DNA of 64,000 nucleotides from Bryobacterales bacterium (GTDB lineage Bacteria; Acidobacteriota; Terriglobia; Bryobacterales; UBA6623): NCBI GenBank assembly GCA_965219585.1, contig CBDCOA010000003.1, positions 593,375 to 657,374 of the forward strand, read 5' to 3'. Shown piece by piece: positions 41,906 to 52,158 of this stretch (position 1 is its first letter; each line of letters starts with the position of its first letter). The notes under the pieces were generated by a model. It saw only the letters and a program-made list of their open reading frames with translations, ran no database searches and was not told where the DNA came from. The position numbers and the translations under genes were made by a program.

Positions 41906-42073
41906 AGAAGCTTCCGCACTCATGAATAGAACACCTGCTGATTGGCAACGCAAGCTCCGCAGTGGCCGGACTCGAGGGCATCGCTACGGCGAGCCCCGCT
42001 AGTCGCAGCCGGCTGTGCGAGTATTTGTATTCCCTTGCGCTGCGCAAGGTCTTGAATGGAGGGCCACGCTTCA

Positions 42074-43909
42074 ATGAGAGTTCGATTCGCTACGGCGCTC
42101 ACTGCCGTCTGCTTATGCTCAACGGCACCGCTGCAAAGTGCGGAAATCATCAGAGAATCGCTGCAGACCAAGCTAGTCGAGGCAGGCGCTGTCGAATACG
42201 CCGTGCTGCTGCCGGACAGCTATGACCGCAACGGCAGCGAGCTACCACTTTTGCTGATGCTCCATAGCGCGAGCGGAAACCGCGAGCAGCTAGCGCGGTT
42301 CCAACCCCAGATCCAAGCCATGTGGGGCGCCAAGGAACTGCCCGACATGATCGTGGCGGTGCCATCGGTGGCGACCGGCTCAATCTACATGGACAGCTAT
42401 GACGGCGAGAACCGCTGGGAGTCGTTCATCATGACCGAGTTCTTGCCGCACCTGCGAGACACTTTCCGAGCCAGTACGGCTCGCAAGTCCACGATGGTGA
42501 CCGGCATCTCGATGGGGGGCTTCGGCAGCCTGCGGCTTGGCTTCAAGTACCCGGAGACGTTCGGGGCCTTGGCTGCCATGGAGCCCGGCGCATGGCCGGG
42601 CCTGACTTGGGACGCAGTTCCGGACCGCAACAAGATCCGCACGCCCGGTCGCATCGCCGCGCTGTTCGGAGACCCGTTCGACCCCGAACGCTTCCAGCAG
42701 GAAAACCCCGCATCCATCGTGCAAAACGCGCCAGAGCGGCTGCGCGACTCGGCAATCTACATCGAAGTGGGCGACGAGGACTTCTTGGGCAACATGGAGG
42801 GAGTCGACTTCTTGCACCGCATGCTGTGGCGGCACCGCCTCCGCCACGAGTTCCGGCTCGTCCGCTGGGCGGACCATACCGGCAGCACGATCATGGAGCG
42901 CTCCCATGATCGGTTTCGCTTCTTGGCGCGCTTCCTAGCCCAACCCGCAGATCCCGAGCCGGCCGTGACTCGCCAGCGCGAGCGGATCGCTGCGAGCCAC
43001 GCCGCGCGCGGCATGGAGCCGTTCGGCTACTGGCCCAATTCAACGCTGCGCTCATATGACACATCGGACGGTGGATTGAATTACCGTCGCGCTCTGCGGG
43101 ACTCGCGGGAAGTGCGCGAAGAGCGGGGTGTCATTCGCATCGCCGACGTTGGCTACGACAGCAAGCCGGGGGTCGATCCGCAGCGCCAAAGCTTGGATCT
43201 ATACCTTCGGGAGGGATTGACCAACGCGCCGGTGGTCCTCTACGTGCACGGCGGATCGTGGGTGCGCGGTGACAAGGCGCGGGCACTGTTCAAACCGGCG
43301 GCCTTGGTGCCGGAGGGATACTTGTTCGCGTCGATGAATTACCGCTTCCGGCCGGCCGCAAGCCTGGCCGAGATGGCGCAGGACGTAGCTACCGCCGCGG
43401 CATGGCTCAAGCGCCATGCCGCCAAGTATGGCGGGGACGGTTCGCGCATTGCGCTGGTTGGCCATTCAGCCGGAGCGCACTTGGTATCGGCGGTCGGCAC
43501 CAACGAAGCATTCATGGAGGCGGCCGGAGCTGCGTTGGCGGATCTCAACAGCGTCGTTGCGATCGACACCGCGATGTACAACGTTCCGCTGCAGATGAAG
43601 CAGGCCCTGGCTGCCCACACCAATGCGTTCGGTGCCGACCGCGAAGCTTGGATGCCGGTTTCGCCCTGGCACCACGTCGAAGCGGACAAAGGCATCCCGG
43701 CGTTCCTGTTGCTCGTCTCTTCCGGGCGCCCGACAATGCACGAACAAGTGCTGCCGTTGCAAGCGCGATTCCGCGAGGCTGGGATCGAATCCGTCGTCCA
43801 TGAAGGCGAGGGGCGGGCGCATTCTCCGCTGGACACCTACCTAGGCGTCGACGGGGACGAGACCACGCGCGTATTGGTCGAATTCCTAGCACGCCACTTC
43901 GACAGGTAG
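42074..43909 (+). CDS. Fused tandem alpha/beta-hydrolases (esterase-D/putative-esterase domain plus carboxylesterase-like domain)
   Basis: Has a signal peptide. The first half carries GISMGGFGS and the second half HGGSW...GHSAGAH. The ORF is open from 42056. Confidence 0.65.
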   Translation: MRVRFATALTAVCLCSTAPLQSAEIIRESLQTKLVEAGAVEYAVLLPDSYDRNGSELPLLLMLHSASGNREQLARFQPQIQAMWGAKELPDMIVAVPSVATGSIYMDSYDGENRWESFIMTEFLPHLRDTFRASTARKSTMVTGISMGGFGSLRLGFKYPETFGALAAMEPGAWPGLTWDAVPDRNKIRTPGRIAALFGDPFDPERFQQENPASIVQNAPERLRDSAIYIEVGDEDFLGNMEGVDFLHRMLWRHRLRHEFRLVRWADHTGSTIMERSHDRFRFLARFLAQPADPEPAVTRQRERIAASHAARGMEPFGYWPNSTLRSYDTSDGGLNYRRALRDSREVREERGVIRIADVGYDSKPGVDPQRQSLDLYLREGLTNAPVVLYVHGGSWVRGDKARALFKPAALVPEGYLFASMNYRFRPAASLAEMAQDVATAAAWLKRHAAKYGGDGSRIALVGHSAGAHLVSAVGTNEAFMEAAGAALADLNSVVAIDTAMYNVPLQMKQALAAHTNAFGADREAWMPVSPWHHVEADKGIPAFLLLVSSGRPTMHEQVLPLQARFREAGIESVVHEGEGRAHSPLDTYLGVDGDETTRVLVEFLARHFDR

Positions 43910-43972
43910 TTGCGCTCGAAGGAAGACACGGCGAACAACACATTGAATGGGCCCCAGGACGGCCGATGATGC

Positions 43973-46348
43973 ATGATCTCGGACCGTGAACGCCAGGAAT
44001 CGCCTACGACGAATCTGACTGTCTGTGCGACGATTGGGAATCCCTGCATTGTGCGACTCCGCTCTTTCCAGACCGACCGCCAGCAGATTTTGGGCGGGAT
44101 ATTGAAGAGCTGCACAGTTCTCGCCACCGTCCTAGGCATATACCCGGCAGTAGCTGAAGACGTGCCCGCCGAGATACCGGCCATTGGGGCGGCGCGGGTA
44201 GAGCAGGCGCCGGAGATCAATGGTCTGGTCGACGAAGCGCTGTGGGACGCAATAGCTCCGGCCACTGGGTTCATCCAGCAAAACCCCGACGAGGGTGCGC
44301 TGTCCACTGAACGCACGGAAGTGCGCATTGCGTTCGACGATTCCAATCTCTACTTCGGAATCATTTGCTTCGACCGGGAACCCGAGAACATCGTCGTCAC
44401 GCAGAACCGGCGCGACGGCAGTCTGATCGACACGGACTCGATTCAGATCTTGATCGATTCCTACAACGACGGGCAGAACGCCTTTGTGTTCGGCACCAGT
44501 CCGACCGGGATCGAGTTCGACGCCCAGGTGACCAAGGCCGGCCAGACGCGGGGCTCCGCCGGAGGCCCCGCCAGAGCCGGCGGTGCCGGCGGGGGAGGAG
44601 CCCAGCGGGCCGGAGCCGCGGCGTTCAATCTCAACTGGGATGCGGCGTGGAAGGTTCGCTCGCAAGTCACCGAGCGCGGCTGGGAGAGCGAGATCGCCAT
44701 CCCCTTCCGGACCCTGCGCTACCGCCCCGGCACGGATCAGACCTGGGGCCTGAACATCTCGCGCAACATCCGCCGGCGCAACGAACTCTCGTTCTGGTCA
44801 CCGGTGTCACGGGCATTCGAGTTCACCCAGATCGAGATTGCCGGCAAGTTGCACGGAATCGAGGCCAGATCCCATCGCAACCTCAAGCTCCTGCCCTACG
44901 TGATCAGCGGTTTCTCGCAAGACTTCCGCTTGGACGAGGGCCGCACCGAGCGCAAGTTCAACGGGGGTCTTGACCTCAAGTACAGCCTCACGCCCGGCTT
45001 AACCCTGGATGGCACGATCAATACGGATTTTGCCCAGGTCGAAGTCGATGACGTGCAGATCAACCTGACCCGCTTTGATCTGTTCTTCCCCGAGAAGCGG
45101 CCCTTTTTCCTCGAGAACTCGGGCTTCTTCGAGTTCGGCACTCCCCGCGAGGTCGAGATCTTCTTCTCCCGGCGGATCGGACTGGACGAGAACCGCCAGC
45201 AAGTGCCCATCGACGCAGGCGCGCGGATGAGCGGCAAGATGGGCAAGTACCAAGTCGGTCTGTTGAACATGCAGACCCGGGACGTCGAGGGTCGCGCTCC
45301 GGCAAACAACTACGCCGTCGGGCGGGTCAGCCGCGAGTTGCCCAATCGCAGTTCCATCGGAGTCATCGCGGTGAACCGACAGACGGCAGGAAGCTTCGAA
45401 GGACCCCGGGGGTACAACCGGACCTTCGGAGCGGACGCCAACATCGGCATCGGCAAGTTCGGCAACTGGTTCAACTACGTCGCCGGAACCCAGTCTCCCG
45501 GATTGGAAGGCAGCTCGCATGCCTATTCCAGCCGCTTTGACTACGACGACGCGACACACCGGGTCAGCGTCAGCTACTTGGAGGTGGGGGAGAATTTCAA
45601 CCCCGAAGTTGGATTTGTTCGTCGCGTGAGGTTTCGCAAGCCAAGTGCTTCATATCGCTATACTTACTATCCAAAGAAAGGTGCTTGGCGCACGATAGAA
45701 CCGCATGCGTTCATCCAGAATTGGTACACGCTGGGAACGAATGAGAAAGAGTCCGGCTTTGAACACTACCACTTCGACTCGCGGCTCCAGAACGGCGGAC
45801 GGCTGGGCCTGGCCTACAATCGCAACTTCGAACTGCTGCGGCGTCCGTTCGCCGTCTTCCCGGGCATCAAGGTGCCGGAGGGGGCGTATCAGTTCGGCGA
45901 GACCATAGCGAACTTCCAGAGCGATCCCAGCGCGGTCGCCTTCGGGGGCGGTAGCGTTGCGAAAGGCAACTTTTACTCTGGCGACATCACCGCTTTCAGC
46001 CTGACGGGAGGTGTGCGCAAGGGGCAGAACCTGACTTGGACGCTCACTTGGGCCCGGAACATGATCGATCTCCCCGTCGGGGCCTTCAACACGGATCTGG
46101 CCAGCCTGCGGTTTAACTGGTCGATCAGCACCAAGAGCTACTTCCAGACTCTGAGCCAGTACAGCAATCGGACGAACCAGATGTCGCACAACCTTCGCTT
46201 GGGGCTGCTGTCCACCTCCGCCACGGGGCTGTTCGTGGTTTATAACACAGGGATGCTGATGCGCGACTACATCGACCCCCACAGCGTCGAACGGCGGCTC
46301 GAGACACATGCGTTCTTCATCAAGTTCAACTATCTCCTCGACTACTAA
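43973..46348 (+). CDS. CBM9-like / DUF5916 domain protein (probable secreted or outer-membrane)
   Basis: INGLVDEALWDAIAPATGFIQQNPDEG..STERTEVRIAFDDSNLYFGI matches the N-terminal CBM9-like module of DUF5916 proteins. A long beta-rich C-terminus follows. The start is uncertain. Confidence 0.6.
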   Translation: MISDRERQESPTTNLTVCATIGNPCIVRLRSFQTDRQQILGGILKSCTVLATVLGIYPAVAEDVPAEIPAIGAARVEQAPEINGLVDEALWDAIAPATGFIQQNPDEGALSTERTEVRIAFDDSNLYFGIICFDREPENIVVTQNRRDGSLIDTDSIQILIDSYNDGQNAFVFGTSPTGIEFDAQVTKAGQTRGSAGGPARAGGAGGGGAQRAGAAAFNLNWDAAWKVRSQVTERGWESEIAIPFRTLRYRPGTDQTWGLNISRNIRRRNELSFWSPVSRAFEFTQIEIAGKLHGIEARSHRNLKLLPYVISGFSQDFRLDEGRTERKFNGGLDLKYSLTPGLTLDGTINTDFAQVEVDDVQINLTRFDLFFPEKRPFFLENSGFFEFGTPREVEIFFSRRIGLDENRQQVPIDAGARMSGKMGKYQVGLLNMQTRDVEGRAPANNYAVGRVSRELPNRSSIGVIAVNRQTAGSFEGPRGYNRTFGADANIGIGKFGNWFNYVAGTQSPGLEGSSHAYSSRFDYDDATHRVSVSYLEVGENFNPEVGFVRRVRFRKPSASYRYTYYPKKGAWRTIEPHAFIQNWYTLGTNEKESGFEHYHFDSRLQNGGRLGLAYNRNFELLRRPFAVFPGIKVPEGAYQFGETIANFQSDPSAVAFGGGSVAKGNFYSGDITAFSLTGGVRKGQNLTWTLTWARNMIDLPVGAFNTDLASLRFNWSISTKSYFQTLSQYSNRTNQMSHNLRLGLLSTSATGLFVVYNTGMLMRDYIDPHSVERRLETHAFFIKFNYLLDY

Positions 46349-46402
46349 CGCAGTGCCGCGTATCTCCGTTCTGGGAGTTTCTCCTACGCCGCCCCTCCCC
46401 GG

Positions 46403-46582
46403 CTAGCGACAATCCGGCTTCGCGAGAATGTGCTGGGCAAGGCGGTCTATGATCTCGAGATGGCACGGTTCGGGCTAGCCCACAGCCGTCCCCAGATTGC
46501 GGTACCAATCATGTTTGGCTACGTGCCGGACCGGCACGCAACCAGCCCCTCCGGGCTCACTGACAAGCGCTGTTCGTTTCAC
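46403..46582 (-). pseudogene. hicA: hicA-family toxin gene interrupted by an in-frame TAG
   Basis: A GTG at 46580-46582 overlaps the hicB stop (GTGA). The translation is VKRTALVSEPGGAGCVPVRHVAKHDWYRNLGTAVG*PEPCHLEIIDRLAQHILRKPDCR*. It aligns with the HicA pattern ..GC.L.RHGGKHDWY.NP.TG.SQPVPRH.EI. The TAG at 46475-46477 falls where Gln (CAG) is expected. Confidence 0.65.
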
Positions 46583-46785
46583 GCGACAGCGATATCGGCC
46601 ACTCTACGGATTCCTGGCAACTCGTCGCTCGTGAGGTCCTTATACAGATCGCAAAGGTGGGATTCGAGGTCTTCTAGTGTCTGTCCCTGGGTCCGGTAGT
46701 CAGGAAACTCCTCGAGATAGCCGATCCAAGAGCCCTCTTCCTCCCAGTAGACAATCTTGGCTGTGTGCATGCTGCCTTTCTCCAA
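46579..46785 (-). CDS. hicB: HicB-family antitoxin (UPF0150-like)
   Basis: A 63-68 aa protein, ..MHTAKIVYWEEEGSWIGYLEEFPDYRTQGQTLEDLESHLCDLYKDL, showing the HicB N-domain pattern. The start is either 46785 or 46770. Confidence 0.65.
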   Translation of the reverse strand: MEKGSMHTAKIVYWEEEGSWIGYLEEFPDYRTQGQTLEDLESHLCDLYKDLTSDELPGIRRVADIAVA

Positions 46786-46877
46786 GCGTCACTGGGCTGG
46801 ATCGCGAACTCTGTACAAGTGTGCCACGCCGGGGCTGGCATACGATCCTCCGGAATCAGGATCACTCGCAAACGCCT

Positions 46878-47663
46878 TTAGGTGACTGCAGCCGCGACCG
46901 AGGCAACGCCAGGGCACTCCACCCGGATGTGGTCGCCTTGGCCGACGGGATAGAGCGGCAGGGGCGAACCCGTCAGCAGGATTTCGCCCGCTCTAGGTTT
47001 GATTCCGAACACCGCTAGTCGGCTGGCGAGTTCATGGACCGTTTCCAGCGGATCCACCGTTGCCGTCTCTTCGACCCGATCGCTGATCGTCACCTTAATG
47101 TGGAGCGGATCGGCAGTACCCGCTGTCGCCCGAGCCTCCGGCACGACAATGCCCGCCTGAAGCGCATTGTTCGCGACCACCTCGGCAGCCGACGGATTGG
47201 GCCCGCGGAAGATGTAGTGGTGCAGTTCGATCACTGGAAACGCCGAGCCCACAAACCGCGCCGGATCTTCGCGTAGCTGTGCGACGTCGTCGATATCGGC
47301 GTCCAACGTCAACGCTAACTCGCCTTCTATGGCAAGGCAGCAGAACTCGTCGGCGCTGAGTGCCGCCGGACTGGTGCGGATTTCGCCTGCAAACAGGTGC
47401 CCGAATACCGCGTGCTCAGTCCCAAGCTGCCGCCGAACAGCCGCGCTCACGCAACCGATCTTGTATCCTGCGACGGTCTCTCCTCGCAGGACCCTCAGCT
47501 GGGCAGTCTCGATCTGCACACGGTACGCATCATCGAGAGCTACGTGGAATGTCGGCTCGGCGAACGCCATGCCTGGCTTCCGGGCATCGTAGTCGCGAAG
47601 TTGTCGCCCGGCCAAAGTCTGGACTTCGAAATTCGTCATCATGCTGCGGGCGGTCGAGCCCAT
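46878..47663 (-). CDS. 2-keto-4-pentenoate hydratase-like (FAH superfamily) protein
   Basis: AYRVQ....L...GE.VAGYKIG is the MhpD/HpcG hydratase pattern. 261 aa. Confidence 0.7.
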   Translation of the reverse strand: MGSTARSMMTNFEVQTLAGRQLRDYDARKPGMAFAEPTFHVALDDAYRVQIETAQLRVLRGETVAGYKIGCVSAAVRRQLGTEHAVFGHLFAGEIRTSPAALSADEFCCLAIEGELALTLDADIDDVAQLREDPARFVGSAFPVIELHHYIFRGPNPSAAEVVANNALQAGIVVPEARATAGTADPLHIKVTISDRVEETATVDPLETVHELASRLAVFGIKPRAGEILLTGSPLPLYPVGQGDHIRVECPGVASVAAAVT

Positions 47664-47797
47664 ATGATTTTAAGAACCCACCCACCCAACTTGGCTGAGG
47701 TCTCGGCAACAAGCGGCGGAGAAACCGGCGCTACCGCTGCACTCGTAGAATACTGTTTGGCCTGCAGGCCGGCCTTCTGAGTGGAGCGTCTGGCCGG

Positions 47798-49060
47798 TTG
47801 CGGGATGGTCAATCCATGAATGCTCTCTCGCGGTCCCTAAGACAACTGATCGAACCCTTGGGGTTCGCAGCGAAGCTGGCATGGGAGCGATTGGAGTCGG
47901 GCAGCGGCTTCAACCCGATCTCGGCCCAAATGCAGGTCGACCCGTATGGGTTTTACGAGAGGATGCGCACGAGAGATCCGGTGCATCGCACACGGATCAT
48001 CGACGGCTGGCTCCTCACGCGCTATCGCGATGTCGATGCGGTGTTGCGCAACCATCAGGCATTCTCGAATCGCACACGGGTGTTGGACGAGCGCCTGGAA
48101 AGCCTGCTCGATAGCGATCCGCCCGACCACACGAGGCTGCGCGGGCTAGTTTCCAAGGCGTTCACACCCGCCGCTGTGGCAAATCTCCGCCCTAGAATCG
48201 AACGCTTGGTGGGAAGGCTCCTTGACTCACTGGCCGGCCAGGAACGCTTTGACTTGATCGGCGAGTTTGCTTACCCGCTGCCCATCACGGTCATCGCTGA
48301 GATGCTGGGAGTCCCGCCCGAGGACATGGACCGTTTCGAAGAGTGGTCGAACGGAATCGCGCTGAGCGTTGAGCCGATCCTTACCGCAAAGCAGATCGAG
48401 TACATGCGGCGCAACACCATAGCGCTACAGGACTACTTTGAGGAAATCATAGAGCTGCGACGCCGCAAACCCCAACACGACATGATCAGTGCCCTCATAG
48501 CGGCCGAGGAAGAAGGCGAGAAGTTGACCCACAGGGAATTGCTCAACACGCTCACCCTGTTGCTCGTGGCGGGTAACGAGACCACGCGCAACCTGATCGG
48601 CAACGGCACCCTCGCCCTGCTGCGGCATCCCGAGCAGATGCAGCGCTTGCGAGACCATCCAGAAATGCTCGACTCGGCCATCCAGGAGTTCCTGCGTTAC
48701 GACGCCCCGGTACAACTGGACGGGCGGCTGTGCACCAGCCCAGTCGAGATTGGAGGTCGCGAAATCCGACCCGGACACGTCGTCATCAGCGCGATCGGAG
48801 CCGCGAACCGTGACCCCGAAGCCTTTCCTGATCCCGATCGGCTAGACATCGGACGGCAACACACAAGCCACCTCTCCTTCGGGCGCGGAATCCACTATTG
48901 CCTCGGCGCTCCACTAGCTGTCATGGAAGCCAAGATCGCGTTCTCAGCCCTGCTAGAACGCTATCCTTCAATGCGCTTGGCCGCAGAGCCGAGGGCCCGG
49001 AAGCAAGAGGTGCTGCGAGGACCCGAGCAGGTGCTGGTCGAGGTCGAGCCTGTGCGATAG
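47798..49060 (+). CDS. Cytochrome P450
   Basis: Heme-thiolate loop FGRGIHYCLGAPLA, ExxR (EFLRYD) and I-helix LLVAGNETT. Confidence 0.9.
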   Translation: MRDGQSMNALSRSLRQLIEPLGFAAKLAWERLESGSGFNPISAQMQVDPYGFYERMRTRDPVHRTRIIDGWLLTRYRDVDAVLRNHQAFSNRTRVLDERLESLLDSDPPDHTRLRGLVSKAFTPAAVANLRPRIERLVGRLLDSLAGQERFDLIGEFAYPLPITVIAEMLGVPPEDMDRFEEWSNGIALSVEPILTAKQIEYMRRNTIALQDYFEEIIELRRRKPQHDMISALIAAEEEGEKLTHRELLNTLTLLLVAGNETTRNLIGNGTLALLRHPEQMQRLRDHPEMLDSAIQEFLRYDAPVQLDGRLCTSPVEIGGREIRPGHVVISAIGAANRDPEAFPDPDRLDIGRQHTSHLSFGRGIHYCLGAPLAVMEAKIAFSALLERYPSMRLAAEPRARKQEVLRGPEQVLVEVEPVR

Positions 49061-49168
49061 CAGGCTCGGTCACCGACACACCGGTGGCGCGATGACCGGG
49101 TCGGGGAATAGCATGGGTCTTGGTTGCGGCAGCGACATCTGCCGGAATCGCGAGATGAGGGCGTAAGC

Positions 49169-50629
49169 ATGGGCTGCAGCCAGAGATCGATCTCCTGCAT
49201 TGGAAGGATCGCTTGTGTCACGCTGGCATGCGCAAGCGTCGCCTGCATGTCAGACCGCGAGCCGACGTCCCTGCCGGACATCGTGATCGTTCTTGCGGAC
49301 GATCTCGGCTGGAAGGATGTAGGCTTTCACGGAGCTGGCTTCCCTACCCCCAACATCGACCGCATCGCCGCCGAGGGTGTTGAGCTGACGCGGTTCTATG
49401 CGGCTCCGGTCTGCTCGCCCACAAGAGTGGCCCTGCTGACTGGCCGCTACCCCATCCGCTACGGGCTGCAACGGGTGACCATCAAACCGTGGACCGATCT
49501 GGGCGTACCCCCCGCGGAAGAAACAGTGCCGGAAGCGCTGGGTCGAGCGGGCTACCAGCGCAGGGGTGTCTTCGGCAAGTGGCATCTCGGCGATTCAGTG
49601 CGATTTCACCCGCTCGAACAGGGCTTCACTGAGTTCGTGGGTCACTACGGAGGCTCGATCGACTACTTCGAGCACACGCGCCTCGGAGTGCTTGACTGGC
49701 ACCGCGATTTTGCGCTGAGCCGAGAAGAGGGCTACAGCACCGAGCTCATCGGACGGCACGCCGTCCGCTTCATTCGCGAGAGCCCGGCAGACCAGCCATT
49801 GTTCCTGTACGTTCCGTTCAACGCGATCCACAGTCCGAATCACGCTACAACCGCATATCTCGAGGCGAACGCCGGAATCAGTCCCGAGAACAGGCGCGTC
49901 AAGGCTGCCATGACCGCCTGCATGGACGATCAGATTGGCGCGATTCTGGAGGCCTTGGAAGCCAGGGGGACGTTGGACGACACCCTGCTGCTGTTCTTCA
50001 GCGACAACGGCGGAGTGCCGCCGGCAGGCTCCAGCAACGAACCCTTGCGCGGGCGCAAGCACACGGTCTACGAGGGTGGTATCCGAGTCGCCGCGGCCGC
50101 CCGGTGGCCAGCCGGGGGCATACAGGGCGGCCGCAAGGTTGACACGCCCGTCTCGGTACTGGATATCTTCCCTACCCTAATGGGCATCGCCGGGGTCAAA
50201 GCGCGCCACGACGGACGCTTGGACGGAAAGGACGTGATCGAGGCTTTGCGCGGCGACACTAGCGGTCGCGGTGACTTCGAATTCCACTCGTACTTCAACG
50301 GCCAGACGATTCCGGGCAATGGCGCGGCACCCGACGCCGAGCGCCGCGAGCGCAACGCTGTCGTCACGAGCAATTGGAAGTTGGTCCGCGAAGGGCCGAA
50401 CCTAGATCGGGCCGAGAATCCCCGGGCAAACGCGAAACTGGAGTTGTATCGGATCTCGGTCGACCCGTTCGAAGCCACGGACGTAAGTGAGTCTCATCCC
50501 GATATATTGGCTGAACTGCTCGCGCGAGCGGTACGCTTCCGCCAGCTCAAGCCCAAGGACGCGATGGCCATGCCGCTGTCCGCGCCAGAGGGCTGGCAAG
50601 CGCCGTCTGATTGGAGCATGCAGAAATGA
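49169..50629 (+). CDS. Sulfatase
   Basis: DIVIVLADDLGWKD and the CSPTRVALLTGRYP signature. The ORF is open from 49124. Confidence 0.85.
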   Translation: MGCSQRSISCIGRIACVTLACASVACMSDREPTSLPDIVIVLADDLGWKDVGFHGAGFPTPNIDRIAAEGVELTRFYAAPVCSPTRVALLTGRYPIRYGLQRVTIKPWTDLGVPPAEETVPEALGRAGYQRRGVFGKWHLGDSVRFHPLEQGFTEFVGHYGGSIDYFEHTRLGVLDWHRDFALSREEGYSTELIGRHAVRFIRESPADQPLFLYVPFNAIHSPNHATTAYLEANAGISPENRRVKAAMTACMDDQIGAILEALEARGTLDDTLLLFFSDNGGVPPAGSSNEPLRGRKHTVYEGGIRVAAAARWPAGGIQGGRKVDTPVSVLDIFPTLMGIAGVKARHDGRLDGKDVIEALRGDTSGRGDFEFHSYFNGQTIPGNGAAPDAERRERNAVVTSNWKLVREGPNLDRAENPRANAKLELYRISVDPFEATDVSESHPDILAELLARAVRFRQLKPKDAMAMPLSAPEGWQAPSDWSMQK

Positions 50630-52158
50630 CCTTTCGTGCTCGAGCCGCAACAGTTGCTCTCGTCTCGCTGGCGAGTTGCTCGATTCCAAGCCAGGTCGGA
50701 GACTCGGGGTTCGGCACCAGGCCCAACATCCTCCTGATCGTCTCCGAAGACAACGGACCGGAAATCGGCGCGTACGGCGCGCCGTACGTGTCGACGCCGA
50801 ATCTGGACGCGCTGGCAGCCGGCGGCGTGCTCTTCCAGAATGCGTATGTGCCGCAGGCTGGCTGCAGCCAGTCCCGGGCGGCCTTCCTGACAGGACTGTA
50901 TCCCCACCAGAACGGCCAGATCGGACTAGCCACGTGGAAGTTCGGCCTTTATCGCGGCGACACGCCCAACATCGTGCGTAGCCTGAAGGAGGCCGGTTAC
51001 CGCACTGGCATCATCGGCAAGCTGCATGTCAATCCTCCCGAGGCGTTCCCTTTCGATTTCGCCAAGATCCCTTCAGCCAACTTCCAGCGCGAGGACATGG
51101 GGCGCTACGCTGCGTTCGCGGCCGAGTTCATGGGGCAGGCCGAGCAGCCTTTCTTCCTGTCGGTCAACTACCCCGACGCTCACCGGCCGTTCTTGACGCA
51201 GGTCGACGGCATCCCAGAACGGCCGCTGCGAGCGGCGGACGTCGAACCCTTGGAGTACATGGGACTCGACTCGCCCGAGCTGCGCAAGCAAACGGCCAAC
51301 TACTACAACTCGATGAACAGACTGGACACGTATGTCGGGGGCCTGCTGCAGGCTTTGATCGATTCGGGCAAATACGACAATACCCTCGTCGTCTATCTCG
51401 GCGATCACGGGGCAGACCTGCTGCGAGGCAAGAGAACCTCCTACGAGGGCGGGGTGCGGATTCCCCTGATCATGCGGTGGCCGGGCCTCCAACAGTCCGG
51501 CCAAGTCCGCGAGGAGCTGGTCTCGACGCTCGACCTGATGCCGACATTTCTGGAAGCGGCCGCCGCCGGGGAGGTTGCGGGGCTGGCGGGCCGGTCTCTG
51601 AACCCGCTCGTGGCCGGACAGTCCCCTCCGTGGCGGGAGTATCTATTCACCGAATACCACTTGCATTCGAACCACAACTACTACCCGCAACGCACCGTCC
51701 GGGACCGACGGTACAAGTTGATCCGTAACCTCATGCCGAACACGGTCAACCCCGGCCATGCCTTCACCCTCGGCAGATTCTTCGGCGAGGCGGAACTGCG
51801 CCAAGTGGCCAGCGGTGCCCCGCAACGAGTGCGCATGGCATACCAGACCATGGCTAAACCGCCGGAGTACGAGTTGTACGACCTGGCCGCCGATCCGGAT
51901 GAGTTCGAGAACCTCGCATCGGACCCCGCACACCGCGGCACTTTCGAGCGCCTGAAGGCCAGACTCCAGCAATGGCGCGTGGAGACCGAGGATCCGTTTC
52001 TCGATCCGGCCAACACCGCTCGCCTGAAGGCTGACATCGAGTCCACGCGCGAAGACGGCGAGTACGTCCGGCCCGAGGGCTGGAACTACACCGCATATCT
52101 GGCACCAAGCAAGCCAGGCTCGGCGGCAAGCGGACGCATTCTCGTGCAGGAGCCGTGA
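50626..52158 (+). CDS. Sulfatase (N-sulfoglucosamine-sulfohydrolase-like) with non-canonical C-S-Q-S-R active-site motif
   Basis: NILLIVSEDNGPE and GCSQSRAAFLTGLYPHQNG. The ATG at 50626 overlaps the upstream TGA (ATGA). Confidence 0.8.
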   Translation: MTFRARAATVALVSLASCSIPSQVGDSGFGTRPNILLIVSEDNGPEIGAYGAPYVSTPNLDALAAGGVLFQNAYVPQAGCSQSRAAFLTGLYPHQNGQIGLATWKFGLYRGDTPNIVRSLKEAGYRTGIIGKLHVNPPEAFPFDFAKIPSANFQREDMGRYAAFAAEFMGQAEQPFFLSVNYPDAHRPFLTQVDGIPERPLRAADVEPLEYMGLDSPELRKQTANYYNSMNRLDTYVGGLLQALIDSGKYDNTLVVYLGDHGADLLRGKRTSYEGGVRIPLIMRWPGLQQSGQVREELVSTLDLMPTFLEAAAAGEVAGLAGRSLNPLVAGQSPPWREYLFTEYHLHSNHNYYPQRTVRDRRYKLIRNLMPNTVNPGHAFTLGRFFGEAELRQVASGAPQRVRMAYQTMAKPPEYELYDLAADPDEFENLASDPAHRGTFERLKARLQQWRVETEDPFLDPANTARLKADIESTREDGEYVRPEGWNYTAYLAPSKPGSAASGRILVQEP

